DNA of 64,000 nt, taken from the NCBI GenBank assembly GCA_947246685.1, contig CAMXSN010000002.1, forward strand, positions 21,485 through 85,484, in the 5' to 3' direction. How positions within the stretch are numbered: the stretch's first letter is position 1; each line of letters starts with the position of its first letter. The stretch is from an uncultured Clostridia bacterium (GTDB taxonomy: Bacteria; Bacillota; Clostridia; Christensenellales; UBA3700). The position numbers were made by a program, and so were the translations under genes. Positions 26,612 to 37,025 of this stretch are shown one piece after another. Under the pieces are notes generated by a model. It was given only the letters and a program-made list of their open reading frames with translations. It did no database searches and had not been told where the DNA came from.

Positions 26612-27082
26612 ATGAAATATTGTAAGAACTGCGGATCTTCTGTCGACGATAGCGACGTATTTTGCGGCAACTGCGGCACAAGAGTATTTTCTGAAGAAGA
26701 AAATTCGATAGCGCAGCCGTTTGCAAAACAAAACGAACGTGTCGACAATACTTTTGAGAAAAAAGAAGAAGTCACCAGAGCGTCCTCTTCGTCGGAGAAA
26801 AAGCGCCCCAAGGTACTCAAAGAAAACAGCGATGCAATGCTTTGCATGATATTGGGTATCGTGGCTTTGTGCGGCGGAGGTATTATCTTTGCAATAATCA
26901 GCATAGTTTTGAGCAAAAGAGCTCAGGAGCTTTGCAAGACGGGCGAATACGACGGCGAATCGAATATCAAGACAGGTTTGCTTTGTTCTAAGATCGCTAT
27001 TATTTTGACGATAGTCGGCGTCGTTATCTCTGTGATTGTAATGATCGCCGTTTACTTGCCTATGATATTTATGGCAATGTGA
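26612..27082 (+). CDS. zinc-ribbon + DUF4190-like two-TM membrane protein (paralogue 1)
   Basis: 156 aa after an AGGAGGAG RBS. N-terminal MKYCKNCGSSVDDSDVFCGNCG. Two C-terminal hydrophobic helices. Confidence 0.75.
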   Translation: MKYCKNCGSSVDDSDVFCGNCGTRVFSEEENSIAQPFAKQNERVDNTFEKKEEVTRASSSSEKKRPKVLKENSDAMLCMILGIVALCGGGIIFAIISIVLSKRAQELCKTGEYDGESNIKTGLLCSKIAIILTIVGVVISVIVMIAVYLPMIFMAM

Positions 27083-27109
27083 CGCGGATCGGCGTATCCG
27101 AAAGCCTAA

Positions 27110-27143
27110 GCCGAAACCTCGCAAACGCGGGTTTTGGCTTTTT
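27110..27143 (+). terminator. rho-independent terminator
   Basis: GCCGAAACC-loop-GGTTTTGGC (9 bp, one G-U pair) followed by TTTTT. Confidence 0.55.
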
Positions 27144-27257
27144 AGGTTAACGGCATTTTGAGTAAGCAAGCATACTTATCGGTGAATTATATCGCCGACG
27201 GTTGAAATTATCTGCGAATAAGCGTATAATAAAATCGATACGGACAATGAGGTATAT

Positions 27258-27728
27258 ATGAGATACTGTACAAATTGCGGAAGTCCCGTTGAGGACAAAG
27301 ACACGTATTGCGGAAATTGCGGACATAGGATAGGAGCAAAGGTCGTTGCTCAGTCCGACGAGTTTTCTCAATTGGACTTTGACAGCGAATTCGATCAATC
27401 CAAGAGCAATTTTTATGAAGACGAACCATACGTGGAAATCAAGAGCGACAAGCGCGCCGACAACAATAGAAAGAACGCCGCCCCCGTTTTGAAAAACAGC
27501 GATTCGCAAAGTTGTTTGGTATGCGGGATTATGTCGTTGGTATTTGCATGGTCGGCAGTAATTGCAATCATATTCGGAGCGGTGGGACTGTCTTTGGGCA
27601 AGAGAGCGAGAGAAAAAGATATGTCGGGTAAATATATTCCAAACTCTGCTTACAAAGCCGGAACGATATGTTCTTCAATCGGACTTGCTTTGGGAATAGT
27701 GACGACGATGTTTTATATTATATTTTGA
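27258..27728 (+). CDS. zinc-ribbon + DUF4190-like two-TM membrane protein (paralogue 2)
   Basis: 156 aa. N-terminal MRYCTNCGSPVEDKDTYCGNCG. Same architecture and length as 26612-27082. Confidence 0.75.
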   Translation: MRYCTNCGSPVEDKDTYCGNCGHRIGAKVVAQSDEFSQLDFDSEFDQSKSNFYEDEPYVEIKSDKRADNNRKNAAPVLKNSDSQSCLVCGIMSLVFAWSAVIAIIFGAVGLSLGKRAREKDMSGKYIPNSAYKAGTICSSIGLALGIVTTMFYIIF

Positions 27729-27735
27729 ACGAATT

Positions 27736-27766
27736 AAAGCCCGCCAAACGCGGCTTTAATTTTTTT
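27736..27766 (+). terminator. rho-independent terminator
   Basis: AAAGCCCGC-caaac-GCGGCTTT followed by AATTTTTTT. Confidence 0.6.
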
Positions 27767-27928
27767 AGCGATTTAATCGCGCGTCTACGCGTCTGTACTG
27801 TAAAGTGTTGATGAAAAATATATTTGGTATTGTAATTGTATTACATCTATGGTAAAATATAACAATAAAAGTTGTTTTGCAGGCGATAGCTCAACGTATC
27901 GAATACAATCGACTATAGCGGAGGATTT

Positions 27929-29497
27929 ATGAATATCATACCATTACCTAAAAATGCAGTGGAAAAAGATAAAAATATAAAATTGGGTAAAGACACGGTT
28001 GTCGAAGGAGAATTTCCCGAGACTTCTGCTAAGGTCGTCGACTTTGTGTCGCAGTTCGACGGCGGAGAGAATGTAAAGATAAGATTTTCTTGCGACGTCA
28101 AGATTCCAAAAGAAGGTTACGTCATCATTTGCGAGCGTAATACCGTCAACGTAAGCGCGAGTTCGGAAGCGGGAGCATTCTATGCGTTTGCCACGCTTAG
28201 ACAGCTTACGAATGAAAAAGGCGAATTGCGAGCGGTCGACGTTCAGGATTCGCCGAAATACGCTTTCAGAGGCTTTATGCTAGATTGCGCGAGACATTTC
28301 TGGAGCGTAGATAAGATCAAAGAATATCTCGACGTCATGGCTCTGCTCAAAATGAACGTATTTCATTGGCATCTTACCGAGGATCAGGGATGGCGCGCGG
28401 AAATCAAAAAATATCCGTTGCTGACAGAAAAGGGTTGTATCAGACGCAGCACCTGGTTGGCAAAACACGGTTATGCCAAAGGTAAGGCAAAGTTTGAGGA
28501 CAAACCATACGGCGAAGGTCTGTATTATTCTCAAGAACAGATGCGGGAGATAGTAGCTTATGCTGCCGATAGACATATCGAGGTTATTCCCGAAGTAGAT
28601 ATGCCCGGTCATATGGTGGCGGCAATTGCTTGTTACCCCGAATTATCCTGCACGGGCGAGGAGACGGAAGTGTCGACCGCTTTCGGCGTTATGGACAACA
28701 TTTGCTGTTGCGGCAAAGATAATATTTTCAATTTTGCAAAAGACGTAATAGACGAACTGTGCGAGATTTTCCCGGGCAGATATTTCCATATCGGAGGCGA
28801 CGAAGTGCCCAAGACGCGCTGGAAAAGATGTCCGCTGTGTCAGGAGAAGATCAAAAAACTTCAACTCAAAGACGAGAATGCTTTGCAGGGACATTTCAAC
28901 AACGAAATAGCCAAGTATCTTAGAAGCAAAGGAAAACGCATGATCGGATGGAATGAGGTGCTCGACGCTCAAGAGATAATGGACAACGACGTCGTAGCTC
29001 AGTGGTGGACTACGCACAGCGTCGGCAATAAGAATGAATTTAGATGGATGGAAAAGGGCGGCGAGTGCGTACTCTCTATGTGTCCCTACGTTTATATGGA
29101 TCATCCCTACAACGTGAGACCGCTCAAAAAGACTTATTCGTTCTCCGCGGCAAAACTGTCGGTGAGAGACGACAGCAAGATACTGGGAATGGAGATTCCG
29201 CAGTGGACGGAATATATACGCGTAGAAGAGAAATTGGATATGCTTGTCTATGCAAGGCTTGTAGCGTTTGCAGAAGTATGCTGGACGCAAGACAACCTCA
29301 AAGATTACAATGATTTTGAGATGAGATTGGAGTCTATGCGCCCGTATTTCGACAGTATCGGCGCAAAGCTGTGCCCGCAGAAGATATACAGAGGCAAGGT
29401 ATATCCCGGATACGCATTAGCAGTTCCGCTTAGATGGGATCTGTGGTCAAAGAATCCTGATTACGAGTTCAACGAGATGAAAAATCTTAACAAATGA
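27929..29497 (+). CDS. beta-N-acetylhexosaminidase, glycoside hydrolase family 20
   Basis: 522 aa with GH20 catalytic-domain signatures RGFMLDCARHF, FHWHLTEDQGWR and HIGGDEV. Confidence 0.9.
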   Translation: MNIIPLPKNAVEKDKNIKLGKDTVVEGEFPETSAKVVDFVSQFDGGENVKIRFSCDVKIPKEGYVIICERNTVNVSASSEAGAFYAFATLRQLTNEKGELRAVDVQDSPKYAFRGFMLDCARHFWSVDKIKEYLDVMALLKMNVFHWHLTEDQGWRAEIKKYPLLTEKGCIRRSTWLAKHGYAKGKAKFEDKPYGEGLYYSQEQMREIVAYAADRHIEVIPEVDMPGHMVAAIACYPELSCTGEETEVSTAFGVMDNICCCGKDNIFNFAKDVIDELCEIFPGRYFHIGGDEVPKTRWKRCPLCQEKIKKLQLKDENALQGHFNNEIAKYLRSKGKRMIGWNEVLDAQEIMDNDVVAQWWTTHSVGNKNEFRWMEKGGECVLSMCPYVYMDHPYNVRPLKKTYSFSAAKLSVRDDSKILGMEIPQWTEYIRVEEKLDMLVYARLVAFAEVCWTQDNLKDYNDFEMRLESMRPYFDSIGAKLCPQKIYRGKVYPGYALAVPLRWDLWSKNPDYEFNEMKNLNK

Positions 29498-29500
29498 TTT

Positions 29501-29532
29501 CCAGCCCCACATATTTGCGGGGCTGGTTTTTT
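29501..29532 (+). terminator. rho-independent terminator
   Basis: CCAGCCCC-acatatttgc-GGGGCTGG followed by TTTTTT. Confidence 0.7.
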
Positions 29533-29614
29533 CGTTGCGGGAGAGAATTGTCGGAAGTGTGCAAAAGTTTGATATATTAATTACGCGTACGCGTGATAAT
29601 AATATTAAAATCTA

Positions 29615-29643
29615 TTGATATTTTTCAACTAAAATGCTATACT
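29615..29643 (+). promoter_or_regulatory. putative sigma-A promoter of the polysaccharide locus
   Basis: TTGATA, a 17-nt spacer, then TATACT, 39 nt upstream of the ATG at 29682. A 12-nt palindrome ACGCGTACGCGT sits at 29583-29594. Confidence 0.45.
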
Positions 29644-29681
29644 AAGATATATTTGGTATTTCTAAAAATAACGGAGAGTTT

Positions 29682-30878
29682 ATGAACATAAAATTTTCAC
29701 CTCCCGATATTACTCAGGAAGAGATAGACGAAGTCGTCGACACACTCAAGTCAGGTTGGATTACCACCGGTCCCAAAACCAAGCTGTTTGAGAAAAAAAT
29801 CGCAGAGTATTGCCGCGTTGAACGCGCAGTCTGTCTTAATTCGGCGACGGCGGGTTTGGAGATAATATTGCGATTCTTGGGCATAGGCGAGGGAGACGAA
29901 GTCATTACGAGCGCATATACTTACACAGCGTCCGCCAGCGTCATCGCTCACGTGGGCGCAAAAATCGTGCTCGCGGACACAGATAAGGACGATTTTTATA
30001 TTTCCGCTCAAAATGTAGAACGACTTATCACCCCTAGGACAAAAGCTATTATCGGCGTTGACTTCGCGGGTATGATAGCCGATTATGACGCGCTGTTTGA
30101 CGTTGTGCAAAGACACAGAGATATTTTTGAGCCGTCCAACGAGGTGCAGAAGGCGATGGGAAGGATCGCCGTAATCGCCGACGCGGCTCACTCTTTCGGA
30201 GCGGTACGAGATGGAAAGGCGTCCGGCGAGATTGCCGATTTTACTTCTTTTTCTTTTCACGCGGTAAAGAATCTTACGACTGCCGAAGGCGGCGCCGTCA
30301 CGTGGAAAAAAACAGACGGTATCGACAGCGATTACGTCTATGCGCAGATGGTGCTTGACAGCCTGCACGGTCAATCCAAAGACGCTTTGTCCAAGATGAA
30401 AGCCGGCGCTTGGGAATACGATATCAAAATGCTGGGTTACAAGTGCAATATGACCGACATCATGGCGTCGCTGGGACTTGTGCAATTGAGAAGATACGAC
30501 GCTTTGCTGGCAAGGCGCAGAGAGATAATCGACAGATACGACAGAGCATTTGCTAATACGCGTATCAGACCTATCGCCCACGGCGGATTAAATTCGACGG
30601 GAAGCGGACATTTGTATATCACGAGAATAGACGGCATAGGCGAAGAAGAGCGCAACCGCATAATCGGCGAGATGGCGGCTAAGGGCGTCGCCACCAACGT
30701 GCATTATAAGCCGCTTGCTATGTTCGGCGGATATAAGGCATTGGGATTCGATATAGCCGATTATCCCAACGCTTACGACTTATATCGCAACGAGATCACT
30801 TTGCCTTTGCATACGTTGCTTACCGATGAAGAAGTAGATTACGTTATCGCTTGTTTTAAGGAGGCTGTAGGTGTATAG
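29682..30878 (+). CDS. DegT/DnrJ/EryC1/StrS-family sugar aminotransferase (PglE-like)
   Basis: 398 aa with the PLP-lysine motif [15 protein letters not shown] and the N-terminal motif GWITTGPK. Confidence 0.9.
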   Translation: MNIKFSPPDITQEEIDEVVDTLKSGWITTGPKTKLFEKKIAEYCRVERAVCLNSATAGLEIILRFLGIGEGDEVITSAYTYTASASVIAHVGAKIVLADTDKDDFYISAQNVERLITPRTKAIIGVDFAGMIADYDALFDVVQRHRDIFEPSNEVQKAMGRIAVIADAAHSFGAVRDGKASGEIADFTSFSFHAVKNLTTAEGGAVTWKKTDGIDSDYVYAQMVLDSLHGQSKDALSKMKAGAWEYDIKMLGYKCNMTDIMASLGLVQLRRYDALLARRREIIDRYDRAFANTRIRPIAHGGLNSTGSGHLYITRIDGIGEEERNRIIGEMAAKGVATNVHYKPLAMFGGYKALGFDIADYPNAYDLYRNEITLPLHTLLTDEEVDYVIACFKEAVGV

Positions 30879-31473
30879 ATTCAGCAAGAGATGTTTTGAT
30901 ATATTTTTCTCGTTGTTAGGCATTTCGGTTTTGCTATTGCTGTTTTTATTTGTTGCAATCGCAATAAAATGCTCGTCCAAAGGACCGGTGCTGTTCAAGC
31001 AGGAAAGAGTGGGCAAGGACGGTAAAGTCTTTAAGATATGGAAATTCCGCTCGATGGTCGTCAATGCGGAGGCTAAGGGTATGCAGATAACTACCGACGG
31101 GGACAGCAGAATTACCAAAGTCGGCAAGTTTATTCGCAAGACCAAAATCGACGAACTGCCGCAGCTTTTCAACGTGCTGTCAGGCAAGATGAGTTTTGTT
31201 GGGCCGCGCCCCGAAGTGCCTAAATACGTCGCTATGTACGACGAGGAACAGACTAAGGTGCTGAGCGTCAAGCCGGGCATAACTGATCTGGCGTCTATAG
31301 AATTTCGCAACGAAAACGATCTTCTCGACGGAGACGAGGATCCCGAGAGAAAGTATATCGAAGAGATCATGCCCGCAAAACTTGCACTTAATCTCAAATA
31401 CATAGAAAAAGCGGGATTTTTCTATGATATCGGACTGATTTTCAAGACGGTATTCAAAGTCATAAAGGAGTAA
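30871..31473 (+). CDS. small undecaprenyl-phosphate sugar phosphotransferase (bacterial sugar transferase, PglC/WbaP C-domain type)
   Basis: 200 aa with a GTG start after AGGAGG. One N-terminal TM segment. Motifs [18 protein letters not shown] and MSFVGPRP. Confidence 0.9.
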   Translation: MYRFSKRCFDIFFSLLGISVLLLLFLFVAIAIKCSSKGPVLFKQERVGKDGKVFKIWKFRSMVVNAEAKGMQITTDGDSRITKVGKFIRKTKIDELPQLFNVLSGKMSFVGPRPEVPKYVAMYDEEQTKVLSVKPGITDLASIEFRNENDLLDGDEDPERKYIEEIMPAKLALNLKYIEKAGFFYDIGLIFKTVFKVIKE

Positions 31474-31484
31474 ATTCACACAAG

Positions 31485-32351
31485 ATGCAGCAAGAATTCA
31501 GCGTATTGATGTCGGTATATAAGAACGATATCGCCGAGAACGTGGTTACGGCGGTAAGAAGTATTATCAATCAGACTGCGCCGCCTGCGCAAGTCGTCAT
31601 TGTTATAGACGGCGAGATACCGCAGGAATGCGACGACGCTCTTAGCGCGTTAAAAGACGAGTATCCGATAATAGAACTTTATCCGTTGGAACAAAACGTC
31701 GGATTGGGCAACGCGCTCAAAGAAGGAATGTTGCATTGCAGATACGAGCTTGTCGCTAGAATGGACAGCGACGATATTGCCGTCGAAGATAGATTTGCCA
31801 AACAGCTTGCGATGTTTGAGGACGACGATCAGCTTTCTATCGTAGGCAGCGACATAGCGGAATTTATCGGCGACAAAGACAACGTTGTGAGTATAAGGGA
31901 CGTGCCCGCCGGTCACGAAGAGATATGTCAATATCTTAAAAAAAGATGTCCGTTCAATCACATGACCGTAATGTTTAGAAAAAGCGAGGTAGAAAAGGCG
32001 GGAGGATATTTGCATTGGTTTTATAATGAGGATAGCTATCTCTGGGCAAGAATGTATCTCGCAGGTTGCAAATTCGCCAATATAAAGGAGAATCTTGTTT
32101 TTGCCCGTATCAACGAGGCTACTTTCTACAGACGCGGCGGCAAGAAATATTATATCAGCGAACGGGATTTGTTTAAGTTTATGCTCAACAAAAATATAAT
32201 CTCAAAAGGCGAGTATAGGAAGAGCTGTTTTTTGCGATATATTATACAGGTGCTTATGCCCAATTGGTTGAGGAAGTTTGTTTTTATCAAAATGATGAGA
32301 AAAAATCCCAATGTCGGCAGAGAGAAAAAACAAGATAAAGAGGTTGTATGA
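31485..32351 (+). CDS. glycosyltransferase family 2
   Basis: 288 aa. FSVLMSVYKN ... INQT, plus DSDD-type (RMDSDDI) acidic motifs. Confidence 0.85.
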   Translation: MQQEFSVLMSVYKNDIAENVVTAVRSIINQTAPPAQVVIVIDGEIPQECDDALSALKDEYPIIELYPLEQNVGLGNALKEGMLHCRYELVARMDSDDIAVEDRFAKQLAMFEDDDQLSIVGSDIAEFIGDKDNVVSIRDVPAGHEEICQYLKKRCPFNHMTVMFRKSEVEKAGGYLHWFYNEDSYLWARMYLAGCKFANIKENLVFARINEATFYRRGGKKYYISERDLFKFMLNKNIISKGEYRKSCFLRYIIQVLMPNWLRKFVFIKMMRKNPNVGREKKQDKEVV

Positions 32352-33181
32352 AAAAAATCGAAATAGAGGAAATGAGACAGCGCCTAATAGCTATGACTCA
32401 GTATTTGGACAAGCTGTGCGACGATAACGGACTTACGCTTTTTATGTCGGGAGGTACTTTGCTCGGCGCAGTAAGACACAAAGGATTTATCCCTTGGGAC
32501 GACGACATAGATATGTATCTTTCGCGACCGGATTACGATAGATTGATTGAGATTTTCAGACAAAGCGGCAACGACGGCAGATTCAAGCTGTTGTCTCACG
32601 AGCTCGATAATAAATATCTTTATCCTTTTGCGAAATTGATAGATACAGACACGCTTTTGATAGAGGCGGGCGGAGACGCGGGCACCGAAATGGGATTGTT
32701 TGTGGATATTTTCCCGATAGACGGTCTGGGCAACAGTATTGACGAGGCGCGCAGGCAGATGAAAAAGACCAACAAATACACTACGCTCAATTTGGCGCTT
32801 TTGGTCAAGCCTTGGCGTAAGAACGTATCTTTTGCAAAGAATTTTGCCATAGCCTGTCTCAGATTATTGGCAAAAATATACGGAGCCGATCGTATACACA
32901 GAAAGCTTTATGCGCAGGCGAGGTCGCTGTCTTACGACAAGAGCGAGTACGTTGGAGAATTTATAGACGAGATAGGCGACAAAAGAATAATGCTCAAGAG
33001 TGAAATGTACGACGGCTACGTTATGATGGATTTCGGCGACGCTAAGTTTAAGGCGCCCAAGAATTGGGATAAGTGGCTTACGCAGTTTTACGGAGATTAT
33101 ATGCAGTTGCCGCCCGTCGAACAGCGCGTGTTGACGCACGGATATCAGTTGTACGATAAAAAAGAAGAGGAAGATAAATGA
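32348..33181 (+). CDS. licD: LicD-family phosphotransferase (transfers a phospho-alcohol from a CDP-activated donor)
   Basis: 277 aa with the LicD signature GGTLLGAVRHKGFIPWDDDIDM. Its start overlaps the upstream stop by 4 nt. Confidence 0.85.
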   Translation: MKKIEIEEMRQRLIAMTQYLDKLCDDNGLTLFMSGGTLLGAVRHKGFIPWDDDIDMYLSRPDYDRLIEIFRQSGNDGRFKLLSHELDNKYLYPFAKLIDTDTLLIEAGGDAGTEMGLFVDIFPIDGLGNSIDEARRQMKKTNKYTTLNLALLVKPWRKNVSFAKNFAIACLRLLAKIYGADRIHRKLYAQARSLSYDKSEYVGEFIDEIGDKRIMLKSEMYDGYVMMDFGDAKFKAPKNWDKWLTQFYGDYMQLPPVEQRVLTHGYQLYDKKEEEDK

Positions 33182-34728
33182 ACGTTGCGATGATTCTATC
33201 CGGAGGCGTGGGAAAACGTCTCGGCGGAAATGTGCCCAAACAATATCTTGCCATCAAAGGCAAGATGGTCATAGAGTACGTTGTCGACGCGATCAAAGCA
33301 AGCAAAACGATAGATAAGATACTCGTCGTAGCGCACGAGCCTTATGCTTCGATGATAAGTCATAAGTTGGGCGTAGACGTATGTTTGGGCGGCAGCGAAA
33401 GGAATATTACTCTCAAAAAAGGCTTGGATTACGTCAAGACCAATTACAACTGCGATAATATAATGATTTTCGACGCGGTGCGGCCGCTGGTCACCGCAGA
33501 GCTTGCCGACGAATATATGGACAGACTCAGTTCGTTCGACATGGTACTTACGGCGCAGAAAATCACTGACAGTCTCGGCTGTTACGACGCGCACGAGATT
33601 GACCGAGAACGGTATTATTTGCTGCAATCTCCCGAAGCATATAGGTTTGAAAATCTATACGAATATTTTGATGAGAACAGCAAGTTGACGGAAGTTGCGC
33701 AGCAATTGCCCGAGCGGTTGACCAAATATCTTAATTTCGATTTTGCAGACAATATCAAGATAACATATAAATATGACTTGGTGCTTGCCGAACAATTACT
33801 GGGCTTATATGAGACGCGGTCAAAATTCGACGTCAAAAGGCTCAAAGAATATCTGGGAAAGAACTATCCCGTTGAGACTGACCAATGGATCAACGAATTA
33901 CCGCAGATAATCGACTGTCTCAAATACAAATGGCAGTTTGACGATTATACTATCAATCCCAATTCCCATTTCGGAATAATTATGCGCGCGAATTCGCGCC
34001 GTTGGGGCGACGTGGTCGTCAAATTGATTCCGCCTTTTATCGGCAGATTCGAAGGTGAAGTGGAACTTTATCGGCGGTATGCTAATTCAGGCGTTATGTG
34101 TCCTCTATACGATAGCGACGCGACGTTTTGCGCATTGCTCATTAAATGCGGCGATCCGGGAGACTGCGCGGATTTCAACGACGAAAATTTCGTCGGGTTG
34201 AGACGGTTTTTTGACAGGCTCAACGATTCGTTCATTGCCTACAAAGACAAAGGATTCAATAATTACCGCGAGATATTGACAGATAAGTCGTCAATAAAAG
34301 CCTGCGGGAAAAATGCAAAAGTCATCAGCGATTACGTTAACCTTGCGATAGATCTTTTTGATAGATATTTTGAGTGTGAAGATACTTATCTGTTGCTCGG
34401 AGACGCGCATAAATACAACTTGATAAAAGACGGCGGCATATTTTTGGCAATAGACCCGATCGGTTACGTAGCTCCCAAAGAAATCGAATTTGCAAGGTTC
34501 ATAGGCACTGCATTGACGGAGAATCTAGATGAAGCAAAGAATACGCTTGTCAAGACCGTCGAGTTTTTTGAAAAATACTCCGACCGAGATAAATTGATCG
34601 CAGCGTTGATAATAGACGTTGCGTTTAGATTGCACAATACCACGTTTGAGAATGACGACGACGTGCTCGCCGACAAATGGATATACGTGCTTGGCGTGAT
34701 AGAAGAGTATACGGGGGGAGCTATATGA
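33178..34728 (+). CDS. bifunctional IspD/TarI-type cytidylyltransferase (N) + APH/choline-kinase-like phosphotransferase (C)
   Basis: 516 aa. N-terminus ILSGGVGKRLGGNVPKQYL. The C-terminal half has the kinase catalytic-loop pattern LLGDAHKYNLI (GDxHxxN) and the metal-binding LAIDPIGY. 4-nt overlaps on both sides. Confidence 0.8.
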   Translation: MNVAMILSGGVGKRLGGNVPKQYLAIKGKMVIEYVVDAIKASKTIDKILVVAHEPYASMISHKLGVDVCLGGSERNITLKKGLDYVKTNYNCDNIMIFDAVRPLVTAELADEYMDRLSSFDMVLTAQKITDSLGCYDAHEIDRERYYLLQSPEAYRFENLYEYFDENSKLTEVAQQLPERLTKYLNFDFADNIKITYKYDLVLAEQLLGLYETRSKFDVKRLKEYLGKNYPVETDQWINELPQIIDCLKYKWQFDDYTINPNSHFGIIMRANSRRWGDVVVKLIPPFIGRFEGEVELYRRYANSGVMCPLYDSDATFCALLIKCGDPGDCADFNDENFVGLRRFFDRLNDSFIAYKDKGFNNYREILTDKSSIKACGKNAKVISDYVNLAIDLFDRYFECEDTYLLLGDAHKYNLIKDGGIFLAIDPIGYVAPKEIEFARFIGTALTENLDEAKNTLVKTVEFFEKYSDRDKLIAALIIDVAFRLHNTTFENDDDVLADKWIYVLGVIEEYTGGAI

Positions 34729-35843
34729 AGGTATTGCACGTATTGTCTTCTCTCAACGTAAACAGCGGAATCGCCAACGTGGTAATGAATTATTTCCGCA
34801 ATATCGACAGAAGTCAGGTGCAGTTCGACTGTCTTGTTTTTACCATTGCGGAAAAGCGCTTTGACGACGAAGTCGAGCAGCTAGGCGGCAAGATATATAA
34901 ATTTACGCAACCGGGATTGAGGACGTATTTTAAGGCGGAAAAAGAATTGGATGAGTTTTTTCGTCAACACGCCAAAGAGTACGATATAATTCACTGCCAT
35001 GAAATACTCGTGGCAAAGATGGTATTCAAATACGCGAGAAAATACGGCGACGTAAAGTGCATCGCGCACAGTCACAGCGTCAAGCTGTCCAATAGTTTTT
35101 TGCGCGCGGTAAGAAACAGGATAGTCATCGCCGGATTGAAAAATAAATGCGATTATTGTTTTGCGTGTTCGCAGAAAGCGGGTCAGTCTGCTTTCGGAAA
35201 AAATATTATCGGGCAAAAGAAATATTCGACGCTGTATAACGCTATCAATTTGGATAATTACGCGTTTTCTTCCCAAGCGAGAGAGGCTGTAAAACGAGAA
35301 TTTTCATTGGACGGGAATTTGGTGCTCGGCAACGTGGGCAGGCTTAGTAATGAAAAGAACCAAAAATTTGCGATAGACGTGCTCAAAAGTCTAGTCGATA
35401 AGACCAAAGACGGCAATATACGGCTTTTGCTCATCGGCGCGGGAGATAAGGGCGGCGAATTAAAAAGCTATGCAAAAGAGCTTGCGTTGGATAACAACGT
35501 TATATTTACGGGCATAAGAAAAGACGTTCCGCAGCTGTTGTGCGCAATGGATTATTTTGTTTTCCCCTCGTTATTCGAAGGATTCGGCATTACGCTTTTA
35601 GAGGCTCAGGCAAGCGGATTGCCGTCGCTTTGTTTTGAGAATATGCCGATTGAGATCAAGATTACGGATTGCTTGAAAGAGTTTTCCGTCAAGTCTACCC
35701 CCGAGGAGTGGGCTGAATTTATTTTATCGGACAAGGAAGACCGCGACAGACGCGGTTATTGCGATAAGGTAAAAAGCAAAGGCTTTGATATAGAGAAGCA
35801 AGCCGTTGCGCTTGCCGAAAAATATTTTGATATGTTGAGGTAA
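34725..35843 (+). CDS. glycosyltransferase family 1 (GT4-type)
   Basis: I chose the start at MKVLHVLSS, giving an ATGA overlap with the upstream stop. C-terminal motif FPSLFEGFGITLLEAQASGLP. Confidence 0.85.
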   Translation: MKVLHVLSSLNVNSGIANVVMNYFRNIDRSQVQFDCLVFTIAEKRFDDEVEQLGGKIYKFTQPGLRTYFKAEKELDEFFRQHAKEYDIIHCHEILVAKMVFKYARKYGDVKCIAHSHSVKLSNSFLRAVRNRIVIAGLKNKCDYCFACSQKAGQSAFGKNIIGQKKYSTLYNAINLDNYAFSSQAREAVKREFSLDGNLVLGNVGRLSNEKNQKFAIDVLKSLVDKTKDGNIRLLLIGAGDKGGELKSYAKELALDNNVIFTGIRKDVPQLLCAMDYFVFPSLFEGFGITLLEAQASGLPSLCFENMPIEIKITDCLKEFSVKSTPEEWAEFILSDKEDRDRRGYCDKVKSKGFDIEKQAVALAEKYFDMLR

Positions 35844-35845
35844 AG

Positions 35846-36979
35846 ATGACGCATCTCCTGCTGCTTACCGCGTTTGTGCTGATATTCGCTTATCTTCAAT
35901 CGAGACGATCTAGGAAGATAGCGTACTACAATGGCAGATGTCAGACGCAGAATGCAAGAAAAGACAAAGGAACGTACATGACGGTCGCACTGCTTGTCAT
36001 GATGTTTCTTGCTATGTTCAGGGGAATCAACGTCGGCAACGATACGGAAGAATATCACAAAATATTTATAAATATTATCACGAATCCCGATTATGCCAAT
36101 ACCACGAGATACGAGATAGGATACGTCTTTCTCAACAAGCTCGTCGGCAAGTTTACATCCGAATCTCAAGCGATAATAATCGTCACTTCGGCAATAGTAT
36201 ATTTGATATTTATATGGTTTTTGAGACGCCACAGCGGCAACTATGCGCTAAGTCTTATATTCTTCTTTTTATTCGTATTCGGCGCGTCGTTGACTATGAT
36301 ACGGCAGGAATTGGCGATAGCGTTTTTGTTGATAGCGTACGATCGCTGCGTCAACAAAAGGATTATCGCCTCTTATATATGGATCGTTATCGCGGCGTTA
36401 TTTCACAGCAGCGCGATTATTTTCCTTGTTATGCCGTTGCTGCCTTATCTTCGATTCGACAAATCCGTCGCGGTGTTCGTTGCGGGAGTTGTCACAGTGT
36501 TGACGGCTACGAATCTGCTTTTCAGAATCTTCGACGTGATAGCTCCGCAATATTCGCATTATTTCGGGGGCAAATATTCGGGGACGGGCTTTCTTGCGAT
36601 AACCTATCAGCTGATAAGAAATTTCGTATTCTTCTGTTTGATATTTTACGTAGTAAGCAAGACTCAAGATAACAGCGTGGCAGGCAAATCGTTGCTCAAA
36701 TCCAACCAAAAGTCAAATATGGTAGGATGGATAGTCTTTGTTTCCGCAGCGGGACTGATATTCGGATACAGAATCAATCTTATTGACAGAATAATTACTT
36801 ATTTCAACACTTTCTATATCATATTCCTTCCCAACGCTTTGAATAAATACGCCAAAAAGACGGCTTTGCTGTTGAAGACGGCGATTGTAGGAATAATGAT
36901 AGCTTACACGATAGTGACGCATATATTCAGACCGGAATGGAATACTATCTATCCATACGAATTTTTCTGGCAGGATTGA
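35846..36979 (+). CDS. EpsG-family polysaccharide polymerase-like membrane protein
   Basis: 377 aa, polytopic, with EpsG-like features (NDTEEYHKIF, YEIGYVFLNK, MIRQELAIAF). Confidence 0.75.
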   Translation: MTHLLLLTAFVLIFAYLQSRRSRKIAYYNGRCQTQNARKDKGTYMTVALLVMMFLAMFRGINVGNDTEEYHKIFINIITNPDYANTTRYEIGYVFLNKLVGKFTSESQAIIIVTSAIVYLIFIWFLRRHSGNYALSLIFFFLFVFGASLTMIRQELAIAFLLIAYDRCVNKRIIASYIWIVIAALFHSSAIIFLVMPLLPYLRFDKSVAVFVAGVVTVLTATNLLFRIFDVIAPQYSHYFGGKYSGTGFLAITYQLIRNFVFFCLIFYVVSKTQDNSVAGKSLLKSNQKSNMVGWIVFVSAAGLIFGYRINLIDRIITYFNTFYIIFLPNALNKYAKKTALLLKTAIVGIMIAYTIVTHIFRPEWNTIYPYEFFWQD

Positions 36980-37025
36980 CGTAGAAGGCGTCGGTATAAG
37001 CGCATAATGCTTAAACAAAAGAGAT

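Noticed and set aside
35938-36672. 244-aa plus-strand ORF overlapping the EpsG-like gene in another frame
   Set aside because: It gives an Arg-rich, non-membrane translation with no RBS. The overlapping frame encodes a coherent polytopic membrane protein that fits the locus.
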